This document shows, in pieces, positions 28,235 through 39,713 of a stretch of 64,000 nucleotides of DNA (position 1 is the stretch's first letter; each line of letters begins with the position of its first letter). The position numbers and the translations under genes were made by a program. A model generated the notes under the pieces. That model was not told the DNA's origin and did not search any database. It saw nothing but the letters and a program-made list of their open reading frames with translations. The stretch spans positions 192,001-256,000 of the forward strand of contig OZ224045.1 in NCBI GenBank assembly GCA_963665325.3, in the 5' to 3' direction. Origin of the DNA: Alphaproteobacteria bacterium (GTDB lineage: Bacteria > Pseudomonadota > Alphaproteobacteria > Bin95).

Positions 28235-29200
28235 TCACCCGCCGTCGTAAAGCCAGCATGCGGCGCGGTTGGGGCCGCCTGTCGCCATCAGCTCCGGTCG
28301 CTCGCTGCTGCAGCGCGCAAACACCTTCGGGCAGCGCGGCCCGAAGGCGCAACCGGCGGGAATCTCGGTCAGGCGCGGCATTGCGCCTTCGATCTGGATC
28401 AGCCGGTCGCGGCGCTCGACCATGGTCGGAATCGAGCCCATCAGGCCCTCGGTATAGGGATGGTGCGCAGCCTGGATGACATCGCGCACCGGGCCGATCT
28501 CTGCAATTCGCCCGGCATACATCACCGCCACCCTGTCCGCTGTCTCGGCGATCACGCCCATATCGTGCGTCACCAGCATCACCGCCGTGCCGTGGTCGCG
28601 GCAGAGGCGCTTGAGGAGCGCGATGATCTGCGCCTGGATCGAGACATCGAGCGCGGTCGTCGGCTCGTCGGCGATAAGCAGGCGCGGATTGGCCGCAAGC
28701 GCGAGCGCGATTACTACCCGCTGGCGCATGCCGCCCGAAAATTCGTGCGGGTAGCTATCGATACGGCGCCCGGCGGCCGGAATGCCGACTTCCGACAGCA
28801 ATTCGAGCGCACGGGACCGCGCCGCCCGCTCGCCGAGGTCGAGGTGGGTCGTAATCGTTTCGGTTAGTTGTCGGCCGATGGTGTAGAGCGGGTTGAGGCT
28901 GGTCAGTGGATCCTGGAACACTGCGCCGATCTGCTTGCCGCGAATGCGGCGCATAGCTTCCCGGGGAAGGTCGTCGATGCGCTGGCCGGCCAGGCGGACG
29001 GCTCCTCCCGCGATCCGGCCGGGGGGTTCGAGCAGGCCGATGATCGACATGCCGGTCAGCGACTTGCCGGCGCCGGACTCTCCCACCACGCCCAGTACCT
29101 CGCCCTCCTCGATGGCAAAGGAGATATCGTCCACCGCGACCAGCGTGCCGCGCCTGGTCGGGAATTCGACCCGAAGGTTCTCAACCTCAAGCAGTGGCAT
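28235..29200 (-). CDS. Oligopeptide/dipeptide ABC transporter ATP-binding protein (DppD/OppD-like)
   Basis: [46 protein letters not shown]. Confidence 0.92.
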   Translation of the reverse strand: MPLLEVENLRVEFPTRRGTLVAVDDISFAIEEGEVLGVVGESGAGKSLTGMSIIGLLEPPGRIAGGAVRLAGQRIDDLPREAMRRIRGKQIGAVFQDPLTSLNPLYTIGRQLTETITTHLDLGERAARSRALELLSEVGIPAAGRRIDSYPHEFSGGMRQRVVIALALAANPRLLIADEPTTALDVSIQAQIIALLKRLCRDHGTAVMLVTHDMGVIAETADRVAVMYAGRIAEIGPVRDVIQAAHHPYTEGLMGSIPTMVERRDRLIQIEGAMPRLTEIPAGCAFGPRCPKVFARCSSERPELMATGGPNRAACWLYDGG

Positions 29201-29273
29201 CGCATCGCTCCCGTTCGCCGCCCGGCATCGCTATAAAGGCCGGCGGTAAGCGCCTGCAGGAGGAATAACACCG

Positions 29274-30905
<1,632 letters not shown>

Positions 30906-30944
30906 GGGCGGGCAGCGGACAAGCCGCTTCGCCCTGCCCCGCCT

Positions 30945-31850
30945 TCAGCGGCCGTCTCGCGCCCGTTTGGCGTGCCGGTTGTCCACGCAGGCGTCGAAGG
31001 GAATGTCGCGGGCGATGAAGCCGCCGGAGATGAGCGCGCCTTTCAGCCGCACGAAGCCTTCCAGCGGCAGCACCGGGTCGCCGCCCCAGACGCCATTCGC
31101 CTTGTAGCGGGCGACCGCGCCCGCGAGACGGGTTGGAGCGAGGTCCGGGAAATAGCCCTGTAGCCGCTCCGCCAGTGCCTCCGCGTCGTGGCCGTGCAAC
31201 CAGGTCAGCGCGTCCATCACGCCGCCGGCCAGGGCGGAAAGCGCACGCGCGTTGTCCTCGGCGAAGCGCCGCGAGGTGTAGAGCGTCGTGTAGGAGGTCC
31301 GCCCTCGCGAGGCGGCCGCGTACCAGATATGCCCGGCGCCCTCATGCAGCAGCTCTTCCACGAACGGCTCGAAGACCTGGATCGCGTCCACCCTGCCCTC
31401 GCGCAACGTGTCTGCATTCTCCACCATGCTGCGACCCGCCTCCCGGTTCATGGCGGCGGGGTCGAAGCCGGCGCGGCGAATGTCGTCCTGCAGGCAGAGC
31501 CAGGGCGTCGGCACTTCCGAAACGCTGGCAAAGCGCGCGTCCATGAGGTCGGCGAAGCGGAATTCCGGGCGCGGTTCACGCCCGACGACATAGAAGGGGT
31601 CCCGCGTCACCGCTTCGGCGAAGGCGACGACCGTCCCGTCGCCGTGCAGCTGCTGATACTGCATCATCCGCATCGGACCGCCCCAGATGACATCGGCGCC
31701 GCTGCCGAACAGGCTTGAAGCCGCATCGTCCGGGCTGTCGGGCCGGCCGAATTCCACCTCGATGCCCCGCCGGCCGTAGGCATCCAGTTCGAGCGCCAGG
31801 TAGAACGGGGCGTAGAAGACGGCCCTGAGAGACTCGAACAGCCTCACCAT
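30945..31850 (-). CDS. NMT1/SsuA-like ABC substrate-binding family protein (no signal peptide evident)
   Basis: RAVFYAPFYLA, WGGPMR, VPTPWLCLQDD, FEPF. Confidence 0.7.
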   Translation of the reverse strand: MVRLFESLRAVFYAPFYLALELDAYGRRGIEVEFGRPDSPDDAASSLFGSGADVIWGGPMRMMQYQQLHGDGTVVAFAEAVTRDPFYVVGREPRPEFRFADLMDARFASVSEVPTPWLCLQDDIRRAGFDPAAMNREAGRSMVENADTLREGRVDAIQVFEPFVEELLHEGAGHIWYAAASRGRTSYTTLYTSRRFAEDNARALSALAGGVMDALTWLHGHDAEALAERLQGYFPDLAPTRLAGAVARYKANGVWGGDPVLPLEGFVRLKGALISGGFIARDIPFDACVDNRHAKRARDGR

Positions 31851-31856
31851 GCCCTC

Positions 31857-32594
31857 TCACCAAGCATTGTAGCCGCCGTCCACCAGCAGGTCGGCGCCGG
31901 TCATATAGCTGGATTCGTCGCTGGCGAGGAACAGGGCGGCCTCGGCAATCTCCTCCGGCCGGCCCATGCGGTCCAGGATCGTAAGCGCGCCGTTCTCGCG
32001 TTCGGCCGCGTCCCGTCCTCCGTGCTTGGCATGGACGCGCGGCGTGCCGATGGGGCCCGGGGAGAGACTGTTCACGCGGATCCCCTGCCCCGCATGGTCG
32101 ATCGCCATGACCTTCGCCAGCTGGATCAGCGCTCCCTTGGCGGCGTTGTACCAGCAGTGGCCCGGCTTACCGACCTGGCCCAGTTGCGAGGCCACATGGA
32201 CGATGCTGCCGCCGCCGCTCGCCGCGATCAGCGGGACGGCATATTTGCTCATCAGGAACGGCCCGGTGAGGTTGACGGCGAGCGAACGCGTCCAGTCCTC
32301 TTCCGCGACATCGACTACGGTGCCGTAAGGCACGAAGACGGCGGCGTTGTTGACGAGAATATGCAAGCGGCCGAACCGCTCTCTCGCCAGTGCTGTCGCG
32401 GCTTCCGCGTCCGCTGGCCGGGATACGTCGCAACGAAGCGCGACTGCCTCCTCCGGCGCGCGCTCGGTTATATCCTCGGCACTGTCCGCCGCAATGACCT
32501 CCGCTCCCTCGCGCAAGAAGGCGGACGCGATGGCGTGGCCGATGCCGCCCGCGGCGCCCGTGACGATGGCGGCCTTGCCCGCGAGCCGGGCCAC
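31857..32594 (-). CDS. Short-chain dehydrogenase/reductase (SDR)
   Basis: TGAAGGIG, NNAA, YNAAK, NSLSPG, VDGGY; GTG start overlapping the upstream TAG. Confidence 0.88.
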   Translation of the reverse strand: MARLAGKAAIVTGAAGGIGHAIASAFLREGAEVIAADSAEDITERAPEEAVALRCDVSRPADAEAATALARERFGRLHILVNNAAVFVPYGTVVDVAEEDWTRSLAVNLTGPFLMSKYAVPLIAASGGGSIVHVASQLGQVGKPGHCWYNAAKGALIQLAKVMAIDHAGQGIRVNSLSPGPIGTPRVHAKHGGRDAAERENGALTILDRMGRPEEIAEAALFLASDESSYMTGADLLVDGGYNAW

Positions 32595-33433
32595 TATTCC
32601 CAGCGCCCTTCCGCGTGCCACTCCACCTGCTCGGCATAGCTGGCGCTGTAGGCCGCGCGGTGGCGGTGGTAGCTGTCCCAGTCGAGGCCGTCGTCAGGGC
32701 GCGGTTCGAGGTCGAAATGGCCGTAACGGTCCTCGCCCCGCACCAGCGTCGCCGGCACTCTGATGCTGCCGATATGGCGGACGTTTGCCGGGATGTAGGA
32801 AATGCCGATCCCGATGCGCCGGTCGTCGGCCCGGTTGGGACCCGAGGCGTGGACCGCAAGCGTGTGGTGGATCGAGAACTGGCCGGGCCGGAGCGGCACC
32901 GGCACGGCGTCCTCGGTCGGGAAGTCCGCGGCCGTTCGCTGGCCGGCGCTATTGATGCTGTTGGGCGCCGCATTGGCGATGTGCTGCATCAGCCCGTTGC
33001 GGCTGGTGCCGGGCACGAATCGCATGCAGCCCGCCTCCTCCGACGCCTCACTCAGCGCCAGCCATGCGGTGACATGGAGGTGCGGGCGCAGGCCGAAATA
33101 GGTGGCGTCCTGGTGCCAGATGGTCTGGGCGTCGGTCTTCGCGTCCTTGACGAACCAGGTGCTCGTCCAGCACAGGATATCGGGGCCGAGCAGCGCCTCC
33201 ACCGCGTCGAGTATGCGCGGATGGCGCACAAGATCGGCCGCAAAGGGCAACAGAAGATGCGTCTTGAAGCGGGTGTCGGGGTCCCCCTCCGTAACGCGCC
33301 GGCCGAGCTCGCCTTCATAAGCCTCAAATTTCCGGCGATATTCGCCGGCCTCGTCCGCGCTCATCGCATGGAAGGGACCGCCGAAACCATTCCGCTCGAA
33401 GGCCTCGGCATCGATACTTTGCGCTGCATTCAT
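32594..33433 (-). CDS. Phytanoyl-CoA dioxygenase (PhyH) family Fe(II)/2OG dioxygenase
   Basis: WHQDATY (HxD), TAWLAL, GCMRFVPG, HASGPNRADDRRIG. Confidence 0.85.
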   Translation of the reverse strand: MNAAQSIDAEAFERNGFGGPFHAMSADEAGEYRRKFEAYEGELGRRVTEGDPDTRFKTHLLLPFAADLVRHPRILDAVEALLGPDILCWTSTWFVKDAKTDAQTIWHQDATYFGLRPHLHVTAWLALSEASEEAGCMRFVPGTSRNGLMQHIANAAPNSINSAGQRTAADFPTEDAVPVPLRPGQFSIHHTLAVHASGPNRADDRRIGIGISYIPANVRHIGSIRVPATLVRGEDRYGHFDLEPRPDDGLDWDSYHRHRAAYSASYAEQVEWHAEGRWE

Positions 33434-33462
33434 CTTCTTCCTCCCTGCCGTCCCGCTCCGAC

Positions 33463-34878
33463 TTACAGCACGCGAATCATGTCCTTCATACCGCTCGCCT
33501 GATGCCCGAGGACATGGCAATGAAACAGCCAGTCGCCGGGATTGTCAGCAACGAAAGCGATTTCCACCCGCTCGCGCGGGTCCAGCAGGACCGTATCCCG
33601 CCATTCCCGATGCGCTGTCGGCCTGCCGTTGCGCGAAAGCACCCGGAAGGCATGGCCGTGCAGATGCATCGGGTGGTGCCAAGCAGTGGCATTGGTCATG
33701 GCGATGACGCAACTCTGGCCGCGCCGAAGCGTCGCGATCGGTTCCAGAGCTCCCGGGGAAGCGGCTTCGCCATTGACGAACCAGAACGAGCCCGGTCCGA
33801 CCGGACCCATGCTACCGCCCATCTCGGCCATTATCGCCCCGCCCATTGCGCCGCCGGTGAACATCATCTCGTGGCGAAACGCGCCCTCCAGATCGGGCTC
33901 CGGCAGGGGATTCCGCGGCAGGCCGACCGGCCATGCGGGCGGCTCGCCGCGCAGCGGTTCGGACGCATAGGCGAGGTCGAGCAGGCGGTATTCCCGGTTG
34001 CGATAGAAGGCATCCACCACGGGCGTCTTCGTCCCCGGCTCCCCGGTCATGTCGAGCACGATGTCGGCACGCATGCCGGGGCCGAGCACGACCCGGCCGC
34101 GTTCCGGCGTGTGCGGCGCAACCGGATGGCCATCGAGCGCAACGACCTGCGGCCGATGATCCTGGAACTCGAGCCCGAAAACCCGCGCATTCGCGGTGTT
34201 GACGAGGCGCAGGCGGATGCGCTCGCCCCGGCGCACGGCGAACTCTCCCGGACTCGAACCGTTGACGGTGGCCCAATTGCCGAGACGCCCGCCATGGCTC
34301 ATGTCGTGAGCGTTGTCGAACCTGCCGGCCAGCGCGGCGTCCTCGGTCATCCGCCAGTCGTCCAGCACCCAGGTGACATCGCGGTCCACCCGAAGCGCGG
34401 GCTCGCGTTCCTCGACGACCAGCACGCCATAGAGGCCGCGTGCGACCTGTTCGAGGCTGTTCGCATGCGGGTGGTACCAGAAGGTCCCGGCGTCAACGGC
34501 GTCGAACTCATAGGCGAAGGTCTCGCCGGGGCAAACTGGCGGCTGCGTCACCAGCGGCACGCCGTCCATAGCGTTGGGCAGCCTGAGCCCGTGCCAGTGG
34601 ATCGTGGTGTCCTCGTCGAGCCCGTTGTCGAGCACGACCCGCAGCCGGTCGCCCTGGCGCACCCGGATTTCGGGCCCGGGAACGCTGCCCCCGTAACACC
34701 AGACTGCCGTTTCGCCATAGGGGTCCGGCACGAGGCGGACGGACGCAGGCGCGGCCCGCACCCGCATTTCGGTTCCTCCCGCCGCCCGGACCCGGCCGAA
34801 CGGCGCAAGCGTGAGGGCCGCTCCTGCCGATGCGAGAAACGCACGGCGCGTCGTCGCTGGCATGGACAATCCGGTCAT
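33463..34878 (-). CDS. Tat-exported multicopper oxidase
   Basis: TRRAFL Tat motif; IHWHG, WYHPH, HPMHLHGH, WLFHCHVLGHQASGM copper ligands. Confidence 0.92.
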   Translation of the reverse strand: MTGLSMPATTRRAFLASAGAALTLAPFGRVRAAGGTEMRVRAAPASVRLVPDPYGETAVWCYGGSVPGPEIRVRQGDRLRVVLDNGLDEDTTIHWHGLRLPNAMDGVPLVTQPPVCPGETFAYEFDAVDAGTFWYHPHANSLEQVARGLYGVLVVEEREPALRVDRDVTWVLDDWRMTEDAALAGRFDNAHDMSHGGRLGNWATVNGSSPGEFAVRRGERIRLRLVNTANARVFGLEFQDHRPQVVALDGHPVAPHTPERGRVVLGPGMRADIVLDMTGEPGTKTPVVDAFYRNREYRLLDLAYASEPLRGEPPAWPVGLPRNPLPEPDLEGAFRHEMMFTGGAMGGAIMAEMGGSMGPVGPGSFWFVNGEAASPGALEPIATLRRGQSCVIAMTNATAWHHPMHLHGHAFRVLSRNGRPTAHREWRDTVLLDPRERVEIAFVADNPGDWLFHCHVLGHQASGMKDMIRVL

Positions 34879-34897
34879 GAGAACCCGCTCGGATTTC

Positions 34898-34974
34898 TGG
34901 CGCGCCCGGCACGACTCGAACGTGCGACCTTCTGCTCCGGAGGCAGACGCTCTATCCGACTGAGCTACGGGCGC
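34898..34974 (-). tRNA. tRNA-Arg (anticodon CCG)
   Basis: Reverse complement GCGCCCGTAGCTCAGTCGGATAGAGCGTCTGCCT-CCG-GAGCAGAAGGTCGCACGTTCGAGTCGTGCCGGGCGCGCCA: 77 nt, D-loop, TTCGA T-loop, encoded CCA. Confidence 0.96.
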
Positions 34975-35047
34975 TTGCGCCGCAAGACCATAGATGCACG
35001 CCGTTCGCTGTCAACCGGAACACAGGCCTGTTTCAGGGCAAGCCTGT

Positions 35048-36235
35048 TCAGCCGAGATAGGCCCCATCGCGGGCGACCAGCCGGCCGCCCTTGAAAACCA
35101 GCCCGCGCGGTGGGTGCTGGGCAACCGCTTCGGCGAGTGTCTCAGCGTGGACGGTGAACAGGTCCGCCGGCGCGCCCGCGGCGATGCCCCGGTCGTCCTG
35201 GCGGAAGACCCGGCGCGGGGCGGCCGTCGCGCAGTCGAAGGCTATGGCCAGGTCGCCGTCGGCGCGGAAGCCCGAGCGCCATGACAGCAGCATGGCGCGG
35301 ATCAACAGGTCCCCGTTGCCGTAAGGGCCCCAAGTATCGCGCACATCGTCATTGCCGACGAACAGCTCGACACCGCGCTCGCGGAGCTTCTTCACCGGCG
35401 GCAGCGGCGACGCCCCGCCTCCGTGGCTGGCAAGCGACATGCCGGCCTCCGCCATGGCGGAGGCCAGGCGCTCGAAAACATCCTCCGGGCACGCGCCGAG
35501 GCAGAAGCCGTGGCTGACGGTAACGCGCCCCTCCATGCCAGCGGCGCGGGTGCGTTCGGCAAGGGCGGCGATTTCCAGCAGGCCCGCTTCGCCGGGGTCG
35601 TGGATGTGGATGTCGATGCCGACATCGTGCTTGCCCGCCAGTCCGAACAGCAGGTCGAGCTGGCCGTCCAGGTCGCCGTCCCGGTCGATGGGGTCGATGC
35701 CGCCCACCAGGTCCGCGCCCATCGCCAGCGCCTCGTCCATCAGTTCGTTAGTTCCGGGAGCGGCAAGCACGCCATATTGTGGAAAGGCGACGATCTGGAC
35801 ATCGGCGGCGTGTGCGAATGCGGCCTTGACCTCCAGCAATGCCTCGACATGCCGGACACCGATATCGGGGCCGATATCGGCATGGCTGCGGAAGGCGGTT
35901 GCGCCAAGCGCGACTGCTTGGCGGACGAGGTTGGACGCGCGCTCAGCTGGCGGCGGCAGCGTCGCGCGCAAGCCTTGCTCGGTGGCGATGCGGCTCTCCC
36001 GGTCCGGCCCGGCCGGATGCGGCATCCACGGCAGGCCGGTCAACGTTTTGTCGAGATGCACATGCCCGTCGATCATGCCCGGCAGGACGAGCAGCCCGCC
36101 GCCATCGAAGCGTTGCGCGGCCGCCGCGTCGAGGCCGGGCCCGACCTCTTCGATGATGCCGCCGGCCATGCGGATATCGGCCGCACTTCCGTCGGAGAGG
36201 CGCACATTCGCAAGTAGTACCGTCCCGTTGTTCAT
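35048..36235 (-). CDS. Amidohydrolase, cytosine/creatinine deaminase-like
   Basis: DGHVHLDK, QIVAFPQ, GGIDP, DIHIHD, SHGF, GNDDVRDTWGPYG. Confidence 0.85.
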   Translation of the reverse strand: MNNGTVLLANVRLSDGSAADIRMAGGIIEEVGPGLDAAAAQRFDGGGLLVLPGMIDGHVHLDKTLTGLPWMPHPAGPDRESRIATEQGLRATLPPPAERASNLVRQAVALGATAFRSHADIGPDIGVRHVEALLEVKAAFAHAADVQIVAFPQYGVLAAPGTNELMDEALAMGADLVGGIDPIDRDGDLDGQLDLLFGLAGKHDVGIDIHIHDPGEAGLLEIAALAERTRAAGMEGRVTVSHGFCLGACPEDVFERLASAMAEAGMSLASHGGGASPLPPVKKLRERGVELFVGNDDVRDTWGPYGNGDLLIRAMLLSWRSGFRADGDLAIAFDCATAAPRRVFRQDDRGIAAGAPADLFTVHAETLAEAVAQHPPRGLVFKGGRLVARDGAYLG

Positions 36236-36337
36236 GGCTGCACTCCGCTCGTTTCAGCCGCTTCGATACACCGCTTTGCCGGACACTTGCCAGAGGGCCT
36301 GCTATCGTTCCGGATGTCACGGGCGAGAGGATCGGCA

Positions 36338-37174
36338 ATGGCTGCGGCATTCGACATTTCGGACCATTACTCACAGGGAGACCTGCTCGCACGGCTTGAG
36401 GCGAACTTACGCGAAGACGGAGTCGACCCGGCGCAGGCGACTATCGAGGAGCTCGCTCCCTACGACCAATTCCACGGCCGCGGCCTGGAGGCGACCGAGG
36501 ACATAGCGAACCTTCTCCCGGTCTCCGCGACGGACCGTATCCTGGATATCGGCAGCGGCCTCGGCGGCCCGGCGCGCTACATGGCGCGGCGTTTCGGCTG
36601 CCGGGTCAGCGGTATCGACCTGACAGCCGAGTTCTGCGATATCGCGCGCCTCCTGACGGCGCGCCTCGGGCTGGAGGACCGCGTGTCCTTCGAGCAGGGA
36701 GATGCACTGGCCATGCCGTTCGGAGATGCGGCATTCGACGGCGCTTACTCGATGAATGTCTCCATGAACATCGCCGACAAACGCGCGCTCTACCGGGAGA
36801 TCCACCGCTTGCTCAAACCCGGTGCCTGGCTATGCCTGTCCGAGGTCGCGCAGGGGCCGGGCGGCGAGCCCGATTACCCGCAGGCCTGGGCGCCGACCGC
36901 CGCGTCGAGCTTCCTTGCAACGCCGGAGAATACCTGCGCCGACCTAGAGGCCTCCGGTTTCAGGGTCGAAAGCCTGCGCGTGACGATTGAGGCGGCGCGC
37001 GACTTCGCCGCCCGCTCGCGCGTCATCGTCCAGGCCGGCGGAAAGCCGCCCCATCGCGCCGTCATCCTGGCCCTCGGCGAACGCGCCCCGGAAGCAATGG
37101 CGAACTCGGGCCGGGCAGCGAAGGAAGGCCGCACGGTGCCGCTCGAACTCCTCTGCCGGAAGGCGCAGGCCTGA
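36338..37174 (+). CDS. Class I SAM-dependent methyltransferase (sarcosine/dimethylglycine N-methyltransferase-like)
   Basis: DQFHGRG, ILDIGSGLGGPAR, GIDLT, MPFGDAAFD, RLLKPG. Confidence 0.78.
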   Translation: MAAAFDISDHYSQGDLLARLEANLREDGVDPAQATIEELAPYDQFHGRGLEATEDIANLLPVSATDRILDIGSGLGGPARYMARRFGCRVSGIDLTAEFCDIARLLTARLGLEDRVSFEQGDALAMPFGDAAFDGAYSMNVSMNIADKRALYREIHRLLKPGAWLCLSEVAQGPGGEPDYPQAWAPTAASSFLATPENTCADLEASGFRVESLRVTIEAARDFAARSRVIVQAGGKPPHRAVILALGERAPEAMANSGRAAKEGRTVPLELLCRKAQA

Positions 37175-37218
37175 CCAGCACCGCACCTCCGCCCGCATTC
37201 GGGCGTTCGACGCAGTTC

Positions 37219-37234
37219 TGGAACGGGACTTGCT
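37219..37234 (+). promoter_or_regulatory. Putative sigma54 (-24/-12) promoter of dctP
   Basis: TGGAACGGGACTTGCT fits TGGCACG-N4-TTGC(T/A) with one mismatch and exact GG-N10-GC spacing, 110 bp upstream of the dctP ATG. Confidence 0.55.
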
Positions 37235-37343
37235 TGTGTGCCATGCTTGGTGCCGCTTGGGAGGTGGGGCCATCGCGCCCGGTCTGCGGACGAAGGTGCA
37301 TGGCACCCCTTCGGGCCGCAACGCGTCAACCCGAGGATCAGAC

Positions 37344-38342
37344 ATGAAGAAAATCATGACATTGGCGGCAGTGCTGCTCGTTGCAGCGCTCCAGCCGGCA
37401 TTCGCGCAGGAAGTCAAGATCAAGTTCGCGTCGGCCAACCCCGACGACAGCTACCACGGCGTGTTCGGCCACGCGTTCAAAAAGCATGCCGAGGAGCTAT
37501 CCGGAGGGCGCATCCAAGTCGATGTCTTCCTCGGGGGCCAGCTCGGCTCGGAACAGGACAATGTGAACCAGGTGTCGAGCGGCATCCTCAACATGACAAG
37601 CGCCGCGGTGAACAATGTCACGCCCTTCGCGCCCATCGTCGGGTTCTGCAGCCTGCCTTACATGTGGAACAACTTCGAAGAGGCGTGGGCGGTTCTCGAC
37701 AGCCCGCTGCGGGACCGGCTCAACGACACGATGGCGGAGCAGGCGAACATGCGGGCCATTGCCTGGCTTACCGGCGGGTTCCGGGTGCTCACCAACTCGA
37801 AGAAGCCGGTCCGCACTCCCGCCGACCTCCAGGGGCTTCGCATCCGCGTGCCGAAGAACGAAATCATGATCGCAGCCTACAAGGCATGGGGCATCGACCC
37901 GGTGCCGATGGCGTGGACCGAGGTGTTCAACGCGCTCCAGCAGAAGGTGGTAGACGGCCAGGATAACCCCTACGCCGCCATTCCCGCGGTCCGTTTCGAC
38001 GAGGTGCAGAACTACATCACGAACATTCACTACCTCCTCTGGATCGGCCCGGTGGTGGTGAACGATGCGTGGTACGCCGGACTGGCCCCGGACATTCGGG
38101 AAATCGTCAACGAGGCGGCGAAGCTCGCCCAGGACGAGGAACGGCAGTGGGCGATCGCACGCGAAGGCACGGCTGCGCTCCAGTCCGTCGAAGCGGGTCT
38201 TGAAATCATGGTGCCCGCCGACGACGAGCGGGAGTGGATCGAGAAGGCCAAATCCGTCTGGCCGATGTTCTACGACAAGATCGGCGGCAAGGCGTTCGTG
38301 GACGAAGTGGTGGGCTTCCTCGAAGACTTCCGGACGAACTGA
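37344..38342 (+). CDS. dctP: TRAP transporter substrate-binding protein
   Basis: Signal peptide; GQLGSE, GFRVLTNSKKPV, DLQGLRIRVP, EVFNALQQKVVDGQDNP. Confidence 0.92.
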   Translation: MKKIMTLAAVLLVAALQPAFAQEVKIKFASANPDDSYHGVFGHAFKKHAEELSGGRIQVDVFLGGQLGSEQDNVNQVSSGILNMTSAAVNNVTPFAPIVGFCSLPYMWNNFEEAWAVLDSPLRDRLNDTMAEQANMRAIAWLTGGFRVLTNSKKPVRTPADLQGLRIRVPKNEIMIAAYKAWGIDPVPMAWTEVFNALQQKVVDGQDNPYAAIPAVRFDEVQNYITNIHYLLWIGPVVVNDAWYAGLAPDIREIVNEAAKLAQDEERQWAIAREGTAALQSVEAGLEIMVPADDEREWIEKAKSVWPMFYDKIGGKAFVDEVVGFLEDFRTN

Positions 38343-38378
38343 CACTTCGCCGTTCGCCGAATGCAGAGGCAGAGGCGA

Positions 38379-38407
38379 CGGGCCGGGTTCCATGCGAACC
38401 CGGCCCG
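38379..38407. terminator. Perfect 12-bp hairpin between convergent dctP and dctM (likely bidirectional terminator)
   Basis: CGGGCCGGGTTC-CATGC-GAACCCGGCCCG, followed on the + strand by ATCTTCGTTTG. Confidence 0.65.
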
Positions 38408-38429
38408 ATCTTCGTTTGTCGATTGTCCG

Positions 38430-39713
38430 TTACAGCCCGTAACCGAGGAAATGCGGCAGCCAGAGGCTTATCTTCGGGAAATAGGCAAGCACCAGGATGC
38501 AGACCACGATTGCCGCTATGTGCGGCAGGACGTGAAGGCTCAGGCGTTCCAACGAAACCTTTGCGAGCTGGCTCGCGACGAACAGGTTCGCCCCGAGCGG
38601 CGGCGTGAGGAACGCCACTTCGTTGGTGACCACGAACAGAATCCCGAAATGGATCGGGTCGATGCCGAGTTGAACGACGACCGGCAGCAGGACCGGCGTG
38701 ACGATGATGATCGTGGACAGGGTCTCCATGAACATCCCGAGAATGAAGAACGCGAGGATGATTATGAGGAGGACTGTGAACGGATCGGTCGAGACGGTCG
38801 CCAGCAGCTCAGCGAGCCTGTGGGGCGCCTGGTTCACGGTCAGGATTTGTCCGAATACCGTGGAGGTGGCGACAATGATCATGGCGGTGGAAATGCGCGC
38901 CGCCTCGATCAGCGAGTCGAAAATCGCCTTGAAATCGAGCATCCGGTTGATGACGCCGCCGACGAACAGTCCGTAGAAGACCGCGATCACCGACGCCTCC
39001 ACCGGCGTGAACACGCCTGCATAGATGCCGCCGAGAATGAGGAATGGCGCGGCGAGGGAAAACTTGCCTTGCCAGCAGGCGCACGCGAACTCCCTGAAAT
39101 TGAAGCGTTCTCCGGTCGCCTCGTAGCCCACATGACGAGCGACGAGATAGGCGACGAGGCAATGGGCAACGCCGATGATCATCCCGGGCACGATGCCGGC
39201 CATGAAGAGGCCCACGATGGAAGTCTGGGCGATCACGCCGTAAATGATCATCGGGTTGCTCGGCGGGATGAGGATCCCGAGGGTGCCGCCCGAGGACGAC
39301 ACCGCCCCTGCATAGTCCCTTCCGTGGCCGGCCCGGAGCATGGCCGGAATCATCACCGACCCCACCGCCGCCACCGTTCCAGGTCCCGAGCCGCTGATGG
39401 CCGAGAAAAACATGCACGCGAGAATCGTCGCGATTCCGAGCCCGCCGCGCACGCGCCCGGTGAACTGCGAGATCACCGCGATGATCTGCCGTGTGACCTC
39501 GCCCCGCTCCATCAGGGAGCCGGCAAGGATGAAACAGGGGATCGCGAGCAGCGGAAACTTGTCCACGCCCTGGTAGAGGGTCTGCCCCAGGATGAGCATG
39601 GGAACATCGGAAACGGTGAGGGCGACGACGGTCGCGATTCCCAGCGCCATGAATATCGGCACCCCGATGACCAGACAGACCGCGAGCGTGCCGAGGAGAA
39701 GGGTGAGAATCAC
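38430..39713 (-). CDS. dctM: TRAP transporter large permease
   Basis: FPLLAIPCFILAG, AISGS, GILIPPS, GVFTPVEA, GIDPIHFG, TPPLGANLF. Confidence 0.93.
   Translation of the reverse strand: MILTLLLGTLAVCLVIGVPIFMALGIATVVALTVSDVPMLILGQTLYQGVDKFPLLAIPCFILAGSLMERGEVTRQIIAVISQFTGRVRGGLGIATILACMFFSAISGSGPGTVAAVGSVMIPAMLRAGHGRDYAGAVSSSGGTLGILIPPSNPMIIYGVIAQTSIVGLFMAGIVPGMIIGVAHCLVAYLVARHVGYEATGERFNFREFACACWQGKFSLAAPFLILGGIYAGVFTPVEASVIAVFYGLFVGGVINRMLDFKAIFDSLIEAARISTAMIIVATSTVFGQILTVNQAPHRLAELLATVSTDPFTVLLIIILAFFILGMFMETLSTIIIVTPVLLPVVVQLGIDPIHFGILFVVTNEVAFLTPPLGANLFVASQLAKVSLERLSLHVLPHIAAIVVCILVLAYFPKISLWLPHFLGYGL

Noticed and set aside
34898-34974. tRNA-Arg as the attachment site of a genomic island
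   Set aside because: No integrase and no duplicated tRNA 3' end were found in the window.
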